A DNA stretch of 64,000 nt from Longimicrobiales bacterium (lineage in GTDB: Bacteria > Gemmatimonadota > Gemmatimonadetes > Longimicrobiales > Gaopeijiaceae), in contig OZ242008.1 of NCBI GenBank assembly GCA_965204735.1, positions 1,664,001 to 1,728,000 on the forward strand, given 5' to 3'. Below the pieces are notes generated by a model, which did not search any database, had not been told where the DNA came from, and saw only the letters and a program-made list of their open reading frames with translations. The translations under genes and the position numbers were made by a program. Positions 39,373 to 48,361 of this stretch are shown here, one piece after another (position 1 is the stretch's first letter; each line of letters starts with the position of its first letter).

Positions 39373-40409
39373 AGCGCGTGCCGAACCGGGAAGTGGTGGT
39401 GTTCACCCGGCTCTTCGCGACGATGGTCGGGGCGGGGCTGCCCATCGTGCAGAGCCTGGACGTGCTGGCCCGCCAAACGGAGAACGAGACCCTCCGTCGC
39501 GTGATTCGGTCGATGATCGCCGACGTCGAAGCGGGGAGCTCCCTGGCCGGGGCGATGAGCCGTCACCCGGCAGCCTTCCCGGGCCTGACGGTGGACATGG
39601 TGGCCGCGGGCGAGGCGGGGGGCGCGCTGGACACGATCCTCCTCCGCCTGGCCGACTACCTGGAAAAGAACGAGGCGCTCGCCCGCAAGGTTCGAAGCGC
39701 GCTGGTGTACCCGGCGATGATCGTCGCCGTCGCCGTTCCCGCCGTCGTGGTGATGATGCTCTTCGTGGTCCCCACCTTCGAGGCGCTCTTTGCGTCGGCC
39801 GGCGTGTCTCTTCCGCTCCCCACCCGGGTGGTGATCGGCGTCTCCGAGGCGCTGCAGAAGGGGTGGTGGGCGCTGCTCGGGCTCTTGCTGGGGCTGGCGG
39901 CGACGGGCCGACACGCTTGGCGGACCGGTCGAGGGCGGCTGGCGGCGGACCGCTTCATGCTGGGCGTGCCCGTGGCGGGCTCCGTGGTCGGGAAGGCCGC
40001 CGTGTCGCGCTTCACCCGGACCTTGGGAACCCTCGTCGCTTCCGGCGTCCCGATCCTGGAGGGACTGGAGATCACTGCCAAGACCGCCGGCAACCGGGTC
40101 GTCCACGACGCGGTCATGCGGGCGCGCGCCTCAATCGCCGGCGGCGACACGATCTCCGACCCCCTGGCGGAGTCGGGCGTCTTCCCGCCAGTGGTGGTGC
40201 GGATGATACAGGTGGGCGAACAGACGGGCGCCCTGGACGAGATGCTGGCCCGCATCGCCGACTTCCACGACCAGCAGGTGGACACGGCGGTGGCGGCCCT
40301 TCTCTCCGCCGTCGAGCCCGCGCTGGTGGTTGTCCTGGGCCTCGTGGTCGGCGGGCTGATCGTCTCGCTCTACCTGCCGATCTTCGAGATGATGTCGGCG
40401 GTGGGGTGA
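39369..40409 (+). CDS. pilC: Type IV pilus platform protein PilC (GspF family)
   Basis: C-terminal part of ORF 37407..40409. GTG overlaps the pilT stop. FTR.FATMV.AGLP, AGEAGGALD, SALVYP, GEQTGALDEML and LYLPIF motifs. Shorter at the N-terminus than typical PilC. Confidence 0.9.
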   Translation: MKRVPNREVVVFTRLFATMVGAGLPIVQSLDVLARQTENETLRRVIRSMIADVEAGSSLAGAMSRHPAAFPGLTVDMVAAGEAGGALDTILLRLADYLEKNEALARKVRSALVYPAMIVAVAVPAVVVMMLFVVPTFEALFASAGVSLPLPTRVVIGVSEALQKGWWALLGLLLGLAATGRHAWRTGRGRLAADRFMLGVPVAGSVVGKAAVSRFTRTLGTLVASGVPILEGLEITAKTAGNRVVHDAVMRARASIAGGDTISDPLAESGVFPPVVVRMIQVGEQTGALDEMLARIADFHDQQVDTAVAALLSAVEPALVVVLGLVVGGLIVSLYLPIFEMMSAVG

Positions 40410-40451
40410 GCACGAGGGCGCAGGGCCGAACCGGAACAGGAGGCGCAAGCG

Positions 40452-40754
40452 ATGTCCAGAGCATTCGTCAAGGAAGACCAAGACGACCGACCGCCGGAGT
40501 ACGGCCTCCCGGAGCCCGGCTCGCCGGGGTACCGCGCCGCGTGCGCCTGGGCGCTGATCACCGGAGCGAACCAGGGCGACAGCCGCAGCGCCGAGCTGGC
40601 CACCGGCTGCAAGTGGGGAGAAGTCCAGCTGGCGCCCCACGTTCGACGGATCCTGAAGCGCGCCGAGGCCCACGACGAGTGGCGGATCGCGCAGCTGTGC
40701 AAGCGGTTCCTGAAGGCGGCGGGCGCCGACTGCTCGGCGGAGGAGGCTCCCTAG
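40452..40754 (+). CDS. Hypothetical protein with MSRAFVKE N-terminal motif
   Basis: AGGAGG RBS and a 100-aa ORF with plausible codon use. The N-terminus resembles that of some GreA/GreB-like proteins, but no Gre domain follows. Confidence 0.65.
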   Translation: MSRAFVKEDQDDRPPEYGLPEPGSPGYRAACAWALITGANQGDSRSAELATGCKWGEVQLAPHVRRILKRAEAHDEWRIAQLCKRFLKAAGADCSAEEAP

Positions 40755-40864
40755 GCGCAAGGAGACTGCGCGGCGCAAGGAGACCCTTCGGCGGAGGAAG
40801 GCCCCGCGGCGGCGCAGGAAGCTCCCTAGGCGCAAGGAGCCCCCTCGGCGCACGGAGACCGGGC
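40736..40864 (+). repeat. Degenerate 18-bp tandem repeat, 7 units (consensus near GGCGCAAGGAGACCCNNN)
   Basis: Units start at 40736, 40754, 40772, 40790, 40811, 40829 and 40847. The array spans the upstream stop codon. Confidence 0.75.
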
Positions 40865-40988
40865 CCGACCCCGGCAAGTGGCGCTTCGCTCGCCGCAGCC
40901 GTAGCTTCAACGTTGCTTCTGATCCCCCCGAGTCGCTCCGACTCGCTCCGGCCCCGGCCGTCCTTCCCCAACCGCCTTCTCCCAGCCC

Positions 40989-42686
40989 ATGGACCTGATC
41001 ACCCGCCTCACCGACTTTCTGTCCGCCTACGTAGTCGAGCTCGGGATACCCGTCGGGAGCGAGAACGTCCCGCTGATGGTCATCCTGCTGCTGGGGATTG
41101 GCCTCTACCTGACCCTTCGCCTGGGCTTCGTCCAGCTCAAGCGCCTGGGTCACGGCATCGCGGTCGCGTCGGGAAGGTACGACGACCCGGAGGACGAAGG
41201 GGACGTCACCCACTTCCAGGCCCTCACGACCGCCCTGTCGGCCACCGTCGGCATCGGCAACATCGCCGGCGTCGCCATCGCCATCCACTGGGGAGGTCCC
41301 GGCGCGCTCTTCTGGATGTGGGTCACGGCGGCGCTGGGCATGGCGATCAAGTACTCGGAAGTGACCCTCGCCCAGAAGTACCGCGTCTCCGAAGGCGAGG
41401 GCGGGCGGGCCGGGACGGTCTCCGGCGGCCCCATGTACTACATCGAACGCGGCCTGGGACCGAAGTGGAAGTGGATGGCCGTCTCCTTCGCCATCGTCCT
41501 GGGGCTCACCGCCTTTGCGACGGGCAACGGGGTCCAGGCCAACACCGTGGCGGACAGCCTCCTCACCGAGTTCGGCATCCCCAAGTGGGTCAGCGGATTG
41601 GCGACCTCGGCCCTGGTGGCCGCCGTCATCCTGGGCGGCATCACCCGCATCGGCCGGGTCACTTCGATCCTGGCCCCCATGATGGCGATCGTGTACGTCA
41701 TGGGCGCCCTCTGCGTGCTGATCATGAACATGGGCGAAGTGGTTCCCACGTTCGCGCTGATCTTCCGCGAAGCCTTCAACCCGACCGCGGGGGTCGCCGG
41801 CACCGGCGTCGGCGCCTTCCTCGTGACCCTCATGTGGGGGGTCCGCCGGGGGCTCTTCTCCAACGAGGCGGGGCAGGGGTCCGCGCCGATTGCCCACTCC
41901 GCGGCCAAGACCGACCAGCCCGTCTCCGAAGGCGTCGTGGCGCTCCTGGAGCCCCTCATCGACACGCTGATCATCTGCACCATGACGGGCCTGCTGGTGA
42001 TCATGACCGGCGTGTGGCACCAGCGCTTCCCGACCGAGATCACCATGAGCGGCGGAGACTTGTCCTACCGCTCGGTGCAGGTGGACGGCAGCTACCTGGA
42101 CATATCCTCCGACGCCGAGATCAGGATCGAGGACGGCGCCCACGTCGCCACCGGCCCCACCGACCCGCGGGTGTCCTGGCACGAGGTCCCGGTGGAGCGG
42201 CTCTTCGTGGACGAGGACCAGACCCAGCCGTTCACGGGCGCGATCGACCCGGCCGAAGGGGTCGCAAGGAGCGACGACGGCCAGAGCTACGCTTCCCTCT
42301 ACGGCATGGCTTCGGAGAGCGGGGCGCCCCTGACGATGAAGGCGTTCCAGATCGGCCTCTCGCCGATCGGCGACTGGGGCCACTACATCGTGGTGATCTC
42401 GGTGCTGCTCTTCGCGATCTCGACGGCGATCTCGTGGAGCTACTACGGCGACCGCTGCGCCAACTACCTCTTCGGCGCCAAGGCGATCGTGCCCTACAAG
42501 GTCGCCTTCGTGATCTTCCACTTCGTGGGCGCGATCCTCTCGCTTGGCGTCATCTGGTCCCTGGGCGACGCGTTGCTGGCCATCGTGATCTGGCCCAACC
42601 TGATCGCGTTGGCGCTCCTGGCGCCGCAAGTGGTGGAGATGACCCAGCGCTACTTCGAGCAGAAGCCCTGGATGGGCGGCGAGTAG
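40989..42686 (+). CDS. Sodium:alanine/glycine symporter (AGCS, AlsT-like)
   Basis: FQALTTALSATVGIGNIAGVA, GGPGALFWMW, GGPMYY, RGLFSNEAGQGSAP and WSYYG motifs. Confidence 0.92.
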   Translation: MDLITRLTDFLSAYVVELGIPVGSENVPLMVILLLGIGLYLTLRLGFVQLKRLGHGIAVASGRYDDPEDEGDVTHFQALTTALSATVGIGNIAGVAIAIHWGGPGALFWMWVTAALGMAIKYSEVTLAQKYRVSEGEGGRAGTVSGGPMYYIERGLGPKWKWMAVSFAIVLGLTAFATGNGVQANTVADSLLTEFGIPKWVSGLATSALVAAVILGGITRIGRVTSILAPMMAIVYVMGALCVLIMNMGEVVPTFALIFREAFNPTAGVAGTGVGAFLVTLMWGVRRGLFSNEAGQGSAPIAHSAAKTDQPVSEGVVALLEPLIDTLIICTMTGLLVIMTGVWHQRFPTEITMSGGDLSYRSVQVDGSYLDISSDAEIRIEDGAHVATGPTDPRVSWHEVPVERLFVDEDQTQPFTGAIDPAEGVARSDDGQSYASLYGMASESGAPLTMKAFQIGLSPIGDWGHYIVVISVLLFAISTAISWSYYGDRCANYLFGAKAIVPYKVAFVIFHFVGAILSLGVIWSLGDALLAIVIWPNLIALALLAPQVVEMTQRYFEQKPWMGGE

Positions 42687-42747
42687 GGCGGCCCGACGGC
42701 CTCCGACTGCTCTCGGCCCCGCCGGCGTGGGCGGCCGGCCTCTGGTT

Positions 42748-42768
42748 GCGGGAGGCGTCTCTTCCCGC
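42748..42768. terminator. Hairpin between convergent genes, possible terminator
   Basis: GCGGGAGG-cgtct-CTTCCCGC stem-loop with only a weak T tail, flanked by a ~22-bp direct repeat (42719 and 42781). Confidence 0.35.
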
Positions 42769-42822
42769 TTATGCCCGGCGCCGCCGGCGTGGGCGGGCCG
42801 GCCCATCGCGGCCGGCGCGCCC

Positions 42823-44160
42823 TCAGCCCGCCTCCGGGTCCAGCGCCCGGGCCGGGCGGAGGGCCTGTCGCCCGAAGCGCTCGTTCACCCTGTCCACTGC
42901 ACGGGCGATCGTCCGGTCGCGCTCGGTCTCGACGATCCGCGGGGACCCTGAGCCGCCGTCGCGCGCCCCCCGTGCTCCAAGGGTTCCCGCCCCGTCGGCC
43001 GCCGCCGCCGTCGATGCGTCCTCGAAGAGTTCCGCCTGAACCGCCCACTGGCGCACCAAGTTGGAGACGCCGACGCCCAGGAGCCGGGCCCCGGTCCGCC
43101 GTCGCCGCCGGAGCTCGCCCAGCAGGGAGGAGGCGACCGCGAAGAGCGCCCGGTCCGTCTCGAGTCCCTCCGGCTGCGTGCTGCCGGCCTGGCGCGTCTT
43201 GAAGTCGTGGTCGCGGATCTTCACGGTGACGGTGCGGGCCCGCAGCTCCTTGGCGCGCAAGTGGCCGCCCACGGAGCAGCACAGCTTTAGGAGCCGGCGC
43301 TCCAGCTCCTCGTCGTCTCCCAAGTCCTCAAAGAAGGTGCGCTCGGAGCTGATCGACTTGCGGCGCTCCCGCGCGTCCACCTCGCTGGGGTCGATCCCTC
43401 GCACCCGCTCCCACAGCCACGGCCCCCGGGACGGTCCGAACCAGCGGGTCAGCCACTCCCGCTCCACCGCCGCCGTCTCCGCCACGGTGCGGAGCCCCTT
43501 CCGCTCCAGCTGGGCAAGGAACGCCGGGCCGACCCCGGGCAGCTCCTTCAGCCGCAGTCGCCTCATGAAGGCCGCTTCCTCCCCCGGCGGGACCACGTGC
43601 ACCCCGTCGGGCTTGGCGGCCCGAGTCGCCACCTTCGCCACCACCCGCTGGGAGCCGCCGCCCAGCGACACCGCGATCCCGGTCCGTTCCCGCACCGTCC
43701 GCCTGATCCGGTCGGCGGTCGCCGCCAGGTCCTCGCCCTTCAGCATCCGATCCGTGCCCGTCATGTCCAGGTAGAACTCGTCGATGGAGGCGGCCTGCAC
43801 GACGGGCGCCAGCTCCCCCAGGACCTTCCGCACGGCACGGCTCCGCTCCACGCAGGCTTCTCGGGGCACGGGCACGACGACCGCCTCCGGGCACAGCGCC
43901 CGCGCCCGGGCGGTCGGCATACCGGACCGCACGCCATACTCCCGAGCGGCGTAGGAAGCGGAGGTGATCACGCCCCGGGCGCTTCGTCCGCCCACCAGCA
44001 GGAGGGGGCGCCGTCCCGCGCCCTCGGGGTCCTCCAAGCGGGCCACTTGGACGAAGAACATGTCGCAGTCCACGAGGAGGATCCTCCGACGCGCTTCCAC
44101 GGCGCGTCTTGGAAGCGCCTCGGGGGCTTGCGAAGCCCGTCCGCGATTCGACAACTTCAT
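42823..44160 (-). CDS. dinB: DNA polymerase IV
   Basis: [27 protein letters not shown], catalytic [23 protein letters not shown] and RLLGVGVS. Start could be the GTG near 44100. Confidence 0.92.
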   Translation of the reverse strand: MKLSNRGRASQAPEALPRRAVEARRRILLVDCDMFFVQVARLEDPEGAGRRPLLLVGGRSARGVITSASYAAREYGVRSGMPTARARALCPEAVVVPVPREACVERSRAVRKVLGELAPVVQAASIDEFYLDMTGTDRMLKGEDLAATADRIRRTVRERTGIAVSLGGGSQRVVAKVATRAAKPDGVHVVPPGEEAAFMRRLRLKELPGVGPAFLAQLERKGLRTVAETAAVEREWLTRWFGPSRGPWLWERVRGIDPSEVDARERRKSISSERTFFEDLGDDEELERRLLKLCCSVGGHLRAKELRARTVTVKIRDHDFKTRQAGSTQPEGLETDRALFAVASSLLGELRRRRRTGARLLGVGVSNLVRQWAVQAELFEDASTAAAADGAGTLGARGARDGGSGSPRIVETERDRTIARAVDRVNERFGRQALRPARALDPEAG

Positions 44161-44242
44161 GGGCCGTCGCCCCGTCGGAGGGCCGTCGCTCTCGTCGCAG
44201 CCGTCGCGCTCATCTCATACAACCTACGCAGGAGGACGACGC

Positions 44243-44863
<621 letters not shown>

Positions 44864-44896
44864 CGCCACTGGGCGCCCCTAGCCGCCCTCGCGCCA

Positions 44897-45544
44897 ATGC
44901 TTTCCGACTTCGCCTTCGGGGCGATCGCCTTCACCTCGTTGCTCGTGGTGTACAACCCCATCAGCGCGATTCCGATCTTCGTCGCGCTGACGATGGAGGA
45001 CACCCGCCACGAGCGCTTCCACACCGCCCTCTGGGGGGTCGTGACGTCGATCGTGGTGCTGGTGGTCTTCGCACTGGCGGGCACGTGGGTGCTCAGGTTC
45101 TTCAGCATCACCACGGAGGCGCTCCAGATCACCGCGGGGCTGATCTTCTTCGGGATGGGCTCCGACATGCTCCAGGCCAAGCGTGCCCGCACCAAGACCA
45201 CCCGGCAGGAACAAGACGAAGCCGCGACCCGGAAGACGCTGGCCGTGATTCCCCTGGGGCTGCCCACCCTCACGGGCCCCGGCGCCATCGTGACCGTGAT
45301 CGCCCTGGAGGGGCAGGCGGCGAACGCCTTTCAGGCCGTGTCCGTGTACGTGGCCTGCGTCTTGGTGGGGGTCGTCGCGCTGCCGACCCTGGTGCTGGCC
45401 CACCGACTGCTGGAGACGCTGGGCCGGACGGGCCTCAACGTGGTCACCCGGATCATGGGACTCGTGATCATGGCGGTGGGCGTTCAGTTCGTCATCAACG
45501 CCCTGGACGCCATCGCCAGGTCCTGGGGATGGGGCGGCTCGTGA
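44897..45544 (+). CDS. MarC family integral membrane protein
   Basis: NPISAIPIF, PLGLPTLTGPGAI and VTRIMGL..MAVGVQF motifs. Confidence 0.9.
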   Translation: MLSDFAFGAIAFTSLLVVYNPISAIPIFVALTMEDTRHERFHTALWGVVTSIVVLVVFALAGTWVLRFFSITTEALQITAGLIFFGMGSDMLQAKRARTKTTRQEQDEAATRKTLAVIPLGLPTLTGPGAIVTVIALEGQAANAFQAVSVYVACVLVGVVALPTLVLAHRLLETLGRTGLNVVTRIMGLVIMAVGVQFVINALDAIARSWGWGGS

Positions 45545-45696
45545 CCGGACGCGCCGAGCAGCCATGACCGAAGCCGCCGCTGGAGCGCGCTCGCTTGCAG
45601 GCGCCGGTCGAACCCGTTGCAAGAGAACGAAAGCTCAACGAACTGGCCCACGCGAAGTTTGGCAAAGCCGGGCCCCGTTGCAAGAGGACGAAAGGC

Positions 45697-45726
45697 TTGC
45701 ATTGCGACCGGACGAAACATATGTTT
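45697..45726 (+). promoter_or_regulatory. Putative sigma70 promoter overlapped by a palindromic operator
   Basis: TTGCAT (45697-45702), 17 nt, TATGTT (45720-45725). The perfect palindrome AAACATATGTTT (45715-45726) covers the -10 element. Confidence 0.5.
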
Positions 45727-45751
45727 AGAGAGCGTCCACGTCGTTCACCTC

Positions 45752-45799
45752 TAAGGGAAGCAGACGCGGGTCCGGTAAGGGAAGCAGACGCGGGTCCGG
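45752..45799 (+). repeat. Perfect 24-bp tandem duplication
   Basis: TAAGGGAAGCAGACGCGGGTCCGG at 45752-45775 and 45776-45799. Confidence 0.9.
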
Positions 45800-45830
45800 G
45801 GCTCCGGGCCTCCTAGGAAGGGAGCGGAAA

Positions 45831-46619
45831 ATGATGCGGAGCGGGCTTCGGATCGTGGTGCTGTCGGCGGGACTCGTGGTTGCGTCGGCGCCGTTCGCCG
45901 CCGAGGCGCAGAGCCTGCGGGGCAGCCGGGCGTCGATGGACGCGCAGAACCGCCAGGCCGACCTTCACGACTTCACCCGGATCGAAACGCCCGCCCAAGT
46001 CGACCGGTTCGTGAAGCTCGGACTCCTGGTCCCCCTTCACGGCGATCGGAACTACCGCCTGCACAACGTGTCCTTTCCCTACGCGCGGCCGGCCGTGCGG
46101 CTGTTCGTCGAAAGGCTGTCGAGGCAGTACCGTAGCGCGTGCGGCGAGGAACTGGTGGTGACCAGCCTGACCCGTCCCAACAAGTGGAAGTATCGTCCCC
46201 GCAACATGTCCGACCGCTCGGTCCATCCAACGGGCATGGTGGTGGATCTTCGCAGAAGCCACTCGCCCGCCTGTCGCCGCTGGCTCGAGCGCGTGCTCCT
46301 GGACCTGGAGAGGAAGGGGGTCGTGGAAGCGACTCGGGAGCGTCGGCCGCCCCACTACCACATAGCAGTGTACTCCCGCCCGTACGAGCAGTACGTGAAG
46401 ACGCTGGAGGTCAGGAACGCGGCCGCCCAGCTCCGCGTGGCCGATGCCGGGCAGACGGTCAAGCGGTATCGGGTCCGAGCAGGCGACTCCCTTTGGACGA
46501 TCGCCCGGGCCCACAACACGACCGTGGCGACGCTCCGGTCGGCCAACGACCTTCGAGGCACCCGCATCTACCCGGGCGAGTTCCTGGAGGTGCCGATCTC
46601 CTCCGGCTCGCCTCGGTAG
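45831..46619 (+). CDS. DUF5715-like putative Zn peptidase with C-terminal LysM domain
   Basis: Signal peptide and AQSLRGSRASMD.QN start. VTSLTRP, SVHPTGMVVDL (SxHxxGxxxD) and PPHYHI motifs, then LysM YRVRAGDSLWTIARAHNTTV..L...N. Confidence 0.8.
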   Translation: MMRSGLRIVVLSAGLVVASAPFAAEAQSLRGSRASMDAQNRQADLHDFTRIETPAQVDRFVKLGLLVPLHGDRNYRLHNVSFPYARPAVRLFVERLSRQYRSACGEELVVTSLTRPNKWKYRPRNMSDRSVHPTGMVVDLRRSHSPACRRWLERVLLDLERKGVVEATRERRPPHYHIAVYSRPYEQYVKTLEVRNAAAQLRVADAGQTVKRYRVRAGDSLWTIARAHNTTVATLRSANDLRGTRIYPGEFLEVPISSGSPR

Positions 46620-46669
46620 CAGCGCTCCAGCCGGGGCAGAGCGGACCGGCGACGGCTGATCGTCCTGCG

Positions 46670-47623
46670 TTGAACCCTCCCCTGGGGCCTTCGATCGTAG
46701 AGCCCCCGGGCGCAGCGCATTCGTGCGCGGGTTCGGCCCATGGAAGCTCCGAGGACGCAACGCGCCCGACCGTGTCCGTCGTCGTCGCCGCCTACAACGA
46801 GGTCGCCACGGCGGAGCGGTTGCTGAGGCGCGTGGCCGCAGTCCCGATGACCAAGGAAGTGATCGTGGTGGACGACGGCTCCACCGACGGAACCAGGAGC
46901 TTGCTGCGACGCCTCGAACGAGAGGGCCTGGTGGACCGTCTGCTCGTCCACGACAGGAACCGGGGGAAGGGCGCGGCGCTGCGAACGGGCTTCGCCTGCG
47001 CCACCGGGGACGTGGTCGTCGTGCAGGACGCCGACCTGGAGTACGATCCGGCCGAGATCCCCGCGCTCGTCGGTCCCATAGCATCCGGCAAGGCCGACGC
47101 GGTGTACGGGTCGCGCTTCCTCGGCGGCCCCCACCGGGTGCTCTACTTCTGGCACATGGTGGGGAACAGGCTCCTGACGCTCCTCAGCAACGTGTTCACC
47201 GACCTGAACCTCACGGACATGGAGACCTGCTCCAAGGCCGTCCGCACCGACCTCCTTCGCTCGCTGCCGCTCCGGGCCGACAGGTTCGGAATCGAGCCCG
47301 AGATCACCGCCCGCCTTGCCCAGGCCCGGGCCCGCATCTGGGAGATCCCGATCAGCTACGCGGGGCGGACCTACGACGAAGGCAAGAAGATCGGATGGAA
47401 GGACGGCGTCGCCGCGGTCTGGCACGTCGTGCGCTTCAACACCGTGGGGCCGAAGGCGCGGCCGTGGGGCGGCGGAGAGGCGCGATGGCTCCAGGGACGA
47501 GTTGGGGACCGGCAGGGAGACGGGCCGACGCGAGTCGGCGGGCCAGCGGGGGCCGGCGGGGCGGCCGACCAGGACGCGCTCGCGGACCAAGCCGCGCCGG
47601 CTGACCCCAACCCAAGCGGCTGA
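46670..47623 (+). CDS. Glycosyltransferase family 2 (polyprenol-phosphate glycosyltransferase-like)
   Basis: SVVVAAYNE, VVDDGSTDGT, NRGKGAA, QDADLEYDP, VYGSRF, TDMET and EGKKIGWKDG motifs. Start uncertain (TTG 46670 or GTG 46772). Confidence 0.88.
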   Translation: MNPPLGPSIVEPPGAAHSCAGSAHGSSEDATRPTVSVVVAAYNEVATAERLLRRVAAVPMTKEVIVVDDGSTDGTRSLLRRLEREGLVDRLLVHDRNRGKGAALRTGFACATGDVVVVQDADLEYDPAEIPALVGPIASGKADAVYGSRFLGGPHRVLYFWHMVGNRLLTLLSNVFTDLNLTDMETCSKAVRTDLLRSLPLRADRFGIEPEITARLAQARARIWEIPISYAGRTYDEGKKIGWKDGVAAVWHVVRFNTVGPKARPWGGGEARWLQGRVGDRQGDGPTRVGGPAGAGGAADQDALADQAAPADPNPSG

Positions 47624-47760
47624 CCTTCGGGCCCAAGCGGCTGACCCCAACCCAAGCGGCTGACCTTCGGGCCCAAGCGGCTGACCCCAACCCAAGCGGC
47701 CGGCCTTCGGGCCCAAGCGGCCGACCCCAATCCCAAGCGGCTGATTTCGGACCTTCGGGC
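47599..47760 (+). repeat. Composite 40-bp tandem repeat (19 + 21 bp subunits), about 3.5 copies
   Basis: GGCTGACCCCAACCCAAGC + GGCTGACCTTCGGGCCCAAGC at 47599, 47639 and 47679, then degenerate units. It begins inside the 3' end of the GT2 gene. Confidence 0.9.
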
Positions 47761-47785
47761 ACGCCCGAAGCGGGACGACCTGTCG

Positions 47786-47843
47786 GAAAAAAAAATTAGT
47801 CCCATTCAGCCATCCCAATGTCCCAACAAGGGTGAGATACTGT
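47786..47843 (+). promoter_or_regulatory. Conserved upstream element of the pilin-pilMNOPQ cluster (copy 2)
   Basis: G-A9-TTAGTCCCA-N4-GCCAT-N20-GAGATACTGT. Aligns without gaps to 37313-37368. Confidence 0.65.
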
Positions 47844-47962
47844 CTGTGTCGCGTCGCGGAGTCCCCGGCCCGCGGCCTTCGGGAGCAGCCGTCGGCAGGG
47901 CTTCCCCGGTCGTGAAGCTCGTGGAGCCGACATCATCCATCTCATCACATGGGAGGTACCAA

Positions 47963-48361
47963 GTGGATTACAGACAAGGATTTACGCTCATCGAACTCAT
48001 GATCGTCCTGGTGATCGTAGGCGTCCTCACGGCGATCGCGGTGCCCCAGTTCTCGAGTGCCCGCGAGCGCGCCTACTACGCCGCCGTTCAGTCGGACCTG
48101 AAGAACCTGTCGGTCCAGCAGGAGTTCTACCACGCCGACAACTACGAGTACTCCGCCTCCCTCGCGGACCTGAACTTCGTCGCTTCGGAAGGGGTGACGG
48201 TGACGCCCACGGCCACGGAGACGGGCTGGTCCGCCACGGCCACCCACGAGGCGCTCGCGGACGACGAAGGCTGCGTGATGTACTCCGGCGATGTGACCGA
48301 CAAGCCTTCCATGGGCGACCTGACCGCCTCCGACCCGGGAGTCGTCGAGTGCACCGGGTGA
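47963..48361 (+). CDS. Type IV major pilin-like protein
   Basis: GGAGG RBS at 47952 and GTG 47963. Class III signal RQG|FTLIELMIVLVIVGVL with Glu5, and a C-terminal Cys pair. Confidence 0.9.
   Translation: MDYRQGFTLIELMIVLVIVGVLTAIAVPQFSSARERAYYAAVQSDLKNLSVQQEFYHADNYEYSASLADLNFVASEGVTVTPTATETGWSATATHEALADDEGCVMYSGDVTDKPSMGDLTASDPGVVECTG

Noticed and set aside
37407..40409. Apparent 1000-aa ComEA-PilC fusion
   Set aside because: Produced by the comEA frameshift. The middle is an off-frame reading of comEA and pilT, and pilC has its own GTG overlapping the pilT stop.
45613..45694. Possible mini-CRISPR (two GTTGCAAGAG..GAAAG repeats with a 40-bp spacer)
   Set aside because: Only two 21-bp copies, shorter than normal CRISPR repeats, and no cas genes in the window. 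Kept as a regulatory repeat.
45545..45830. c-di-AMP or c-di-GMP riboswitch upstream of the LysM gene
   Set aside because: Only a fragmentary GCAAAGCC match, lying upstream of the predicted promoter, and no recognisable paired architecture.
47599..47760. Possible CRISPR array
   Set aside because: The linkers are 4-6 bp and are themselves repeated, so this is a tandem repeat with no unique spacers.
47787..47795. A-tract as the U-tail of a minus-strand intrinsic terminator
   Set aside because: The nearby hairpin is on the wrong side of the tract. The tract fits better as part of the shared promoter element also seen at 37313.
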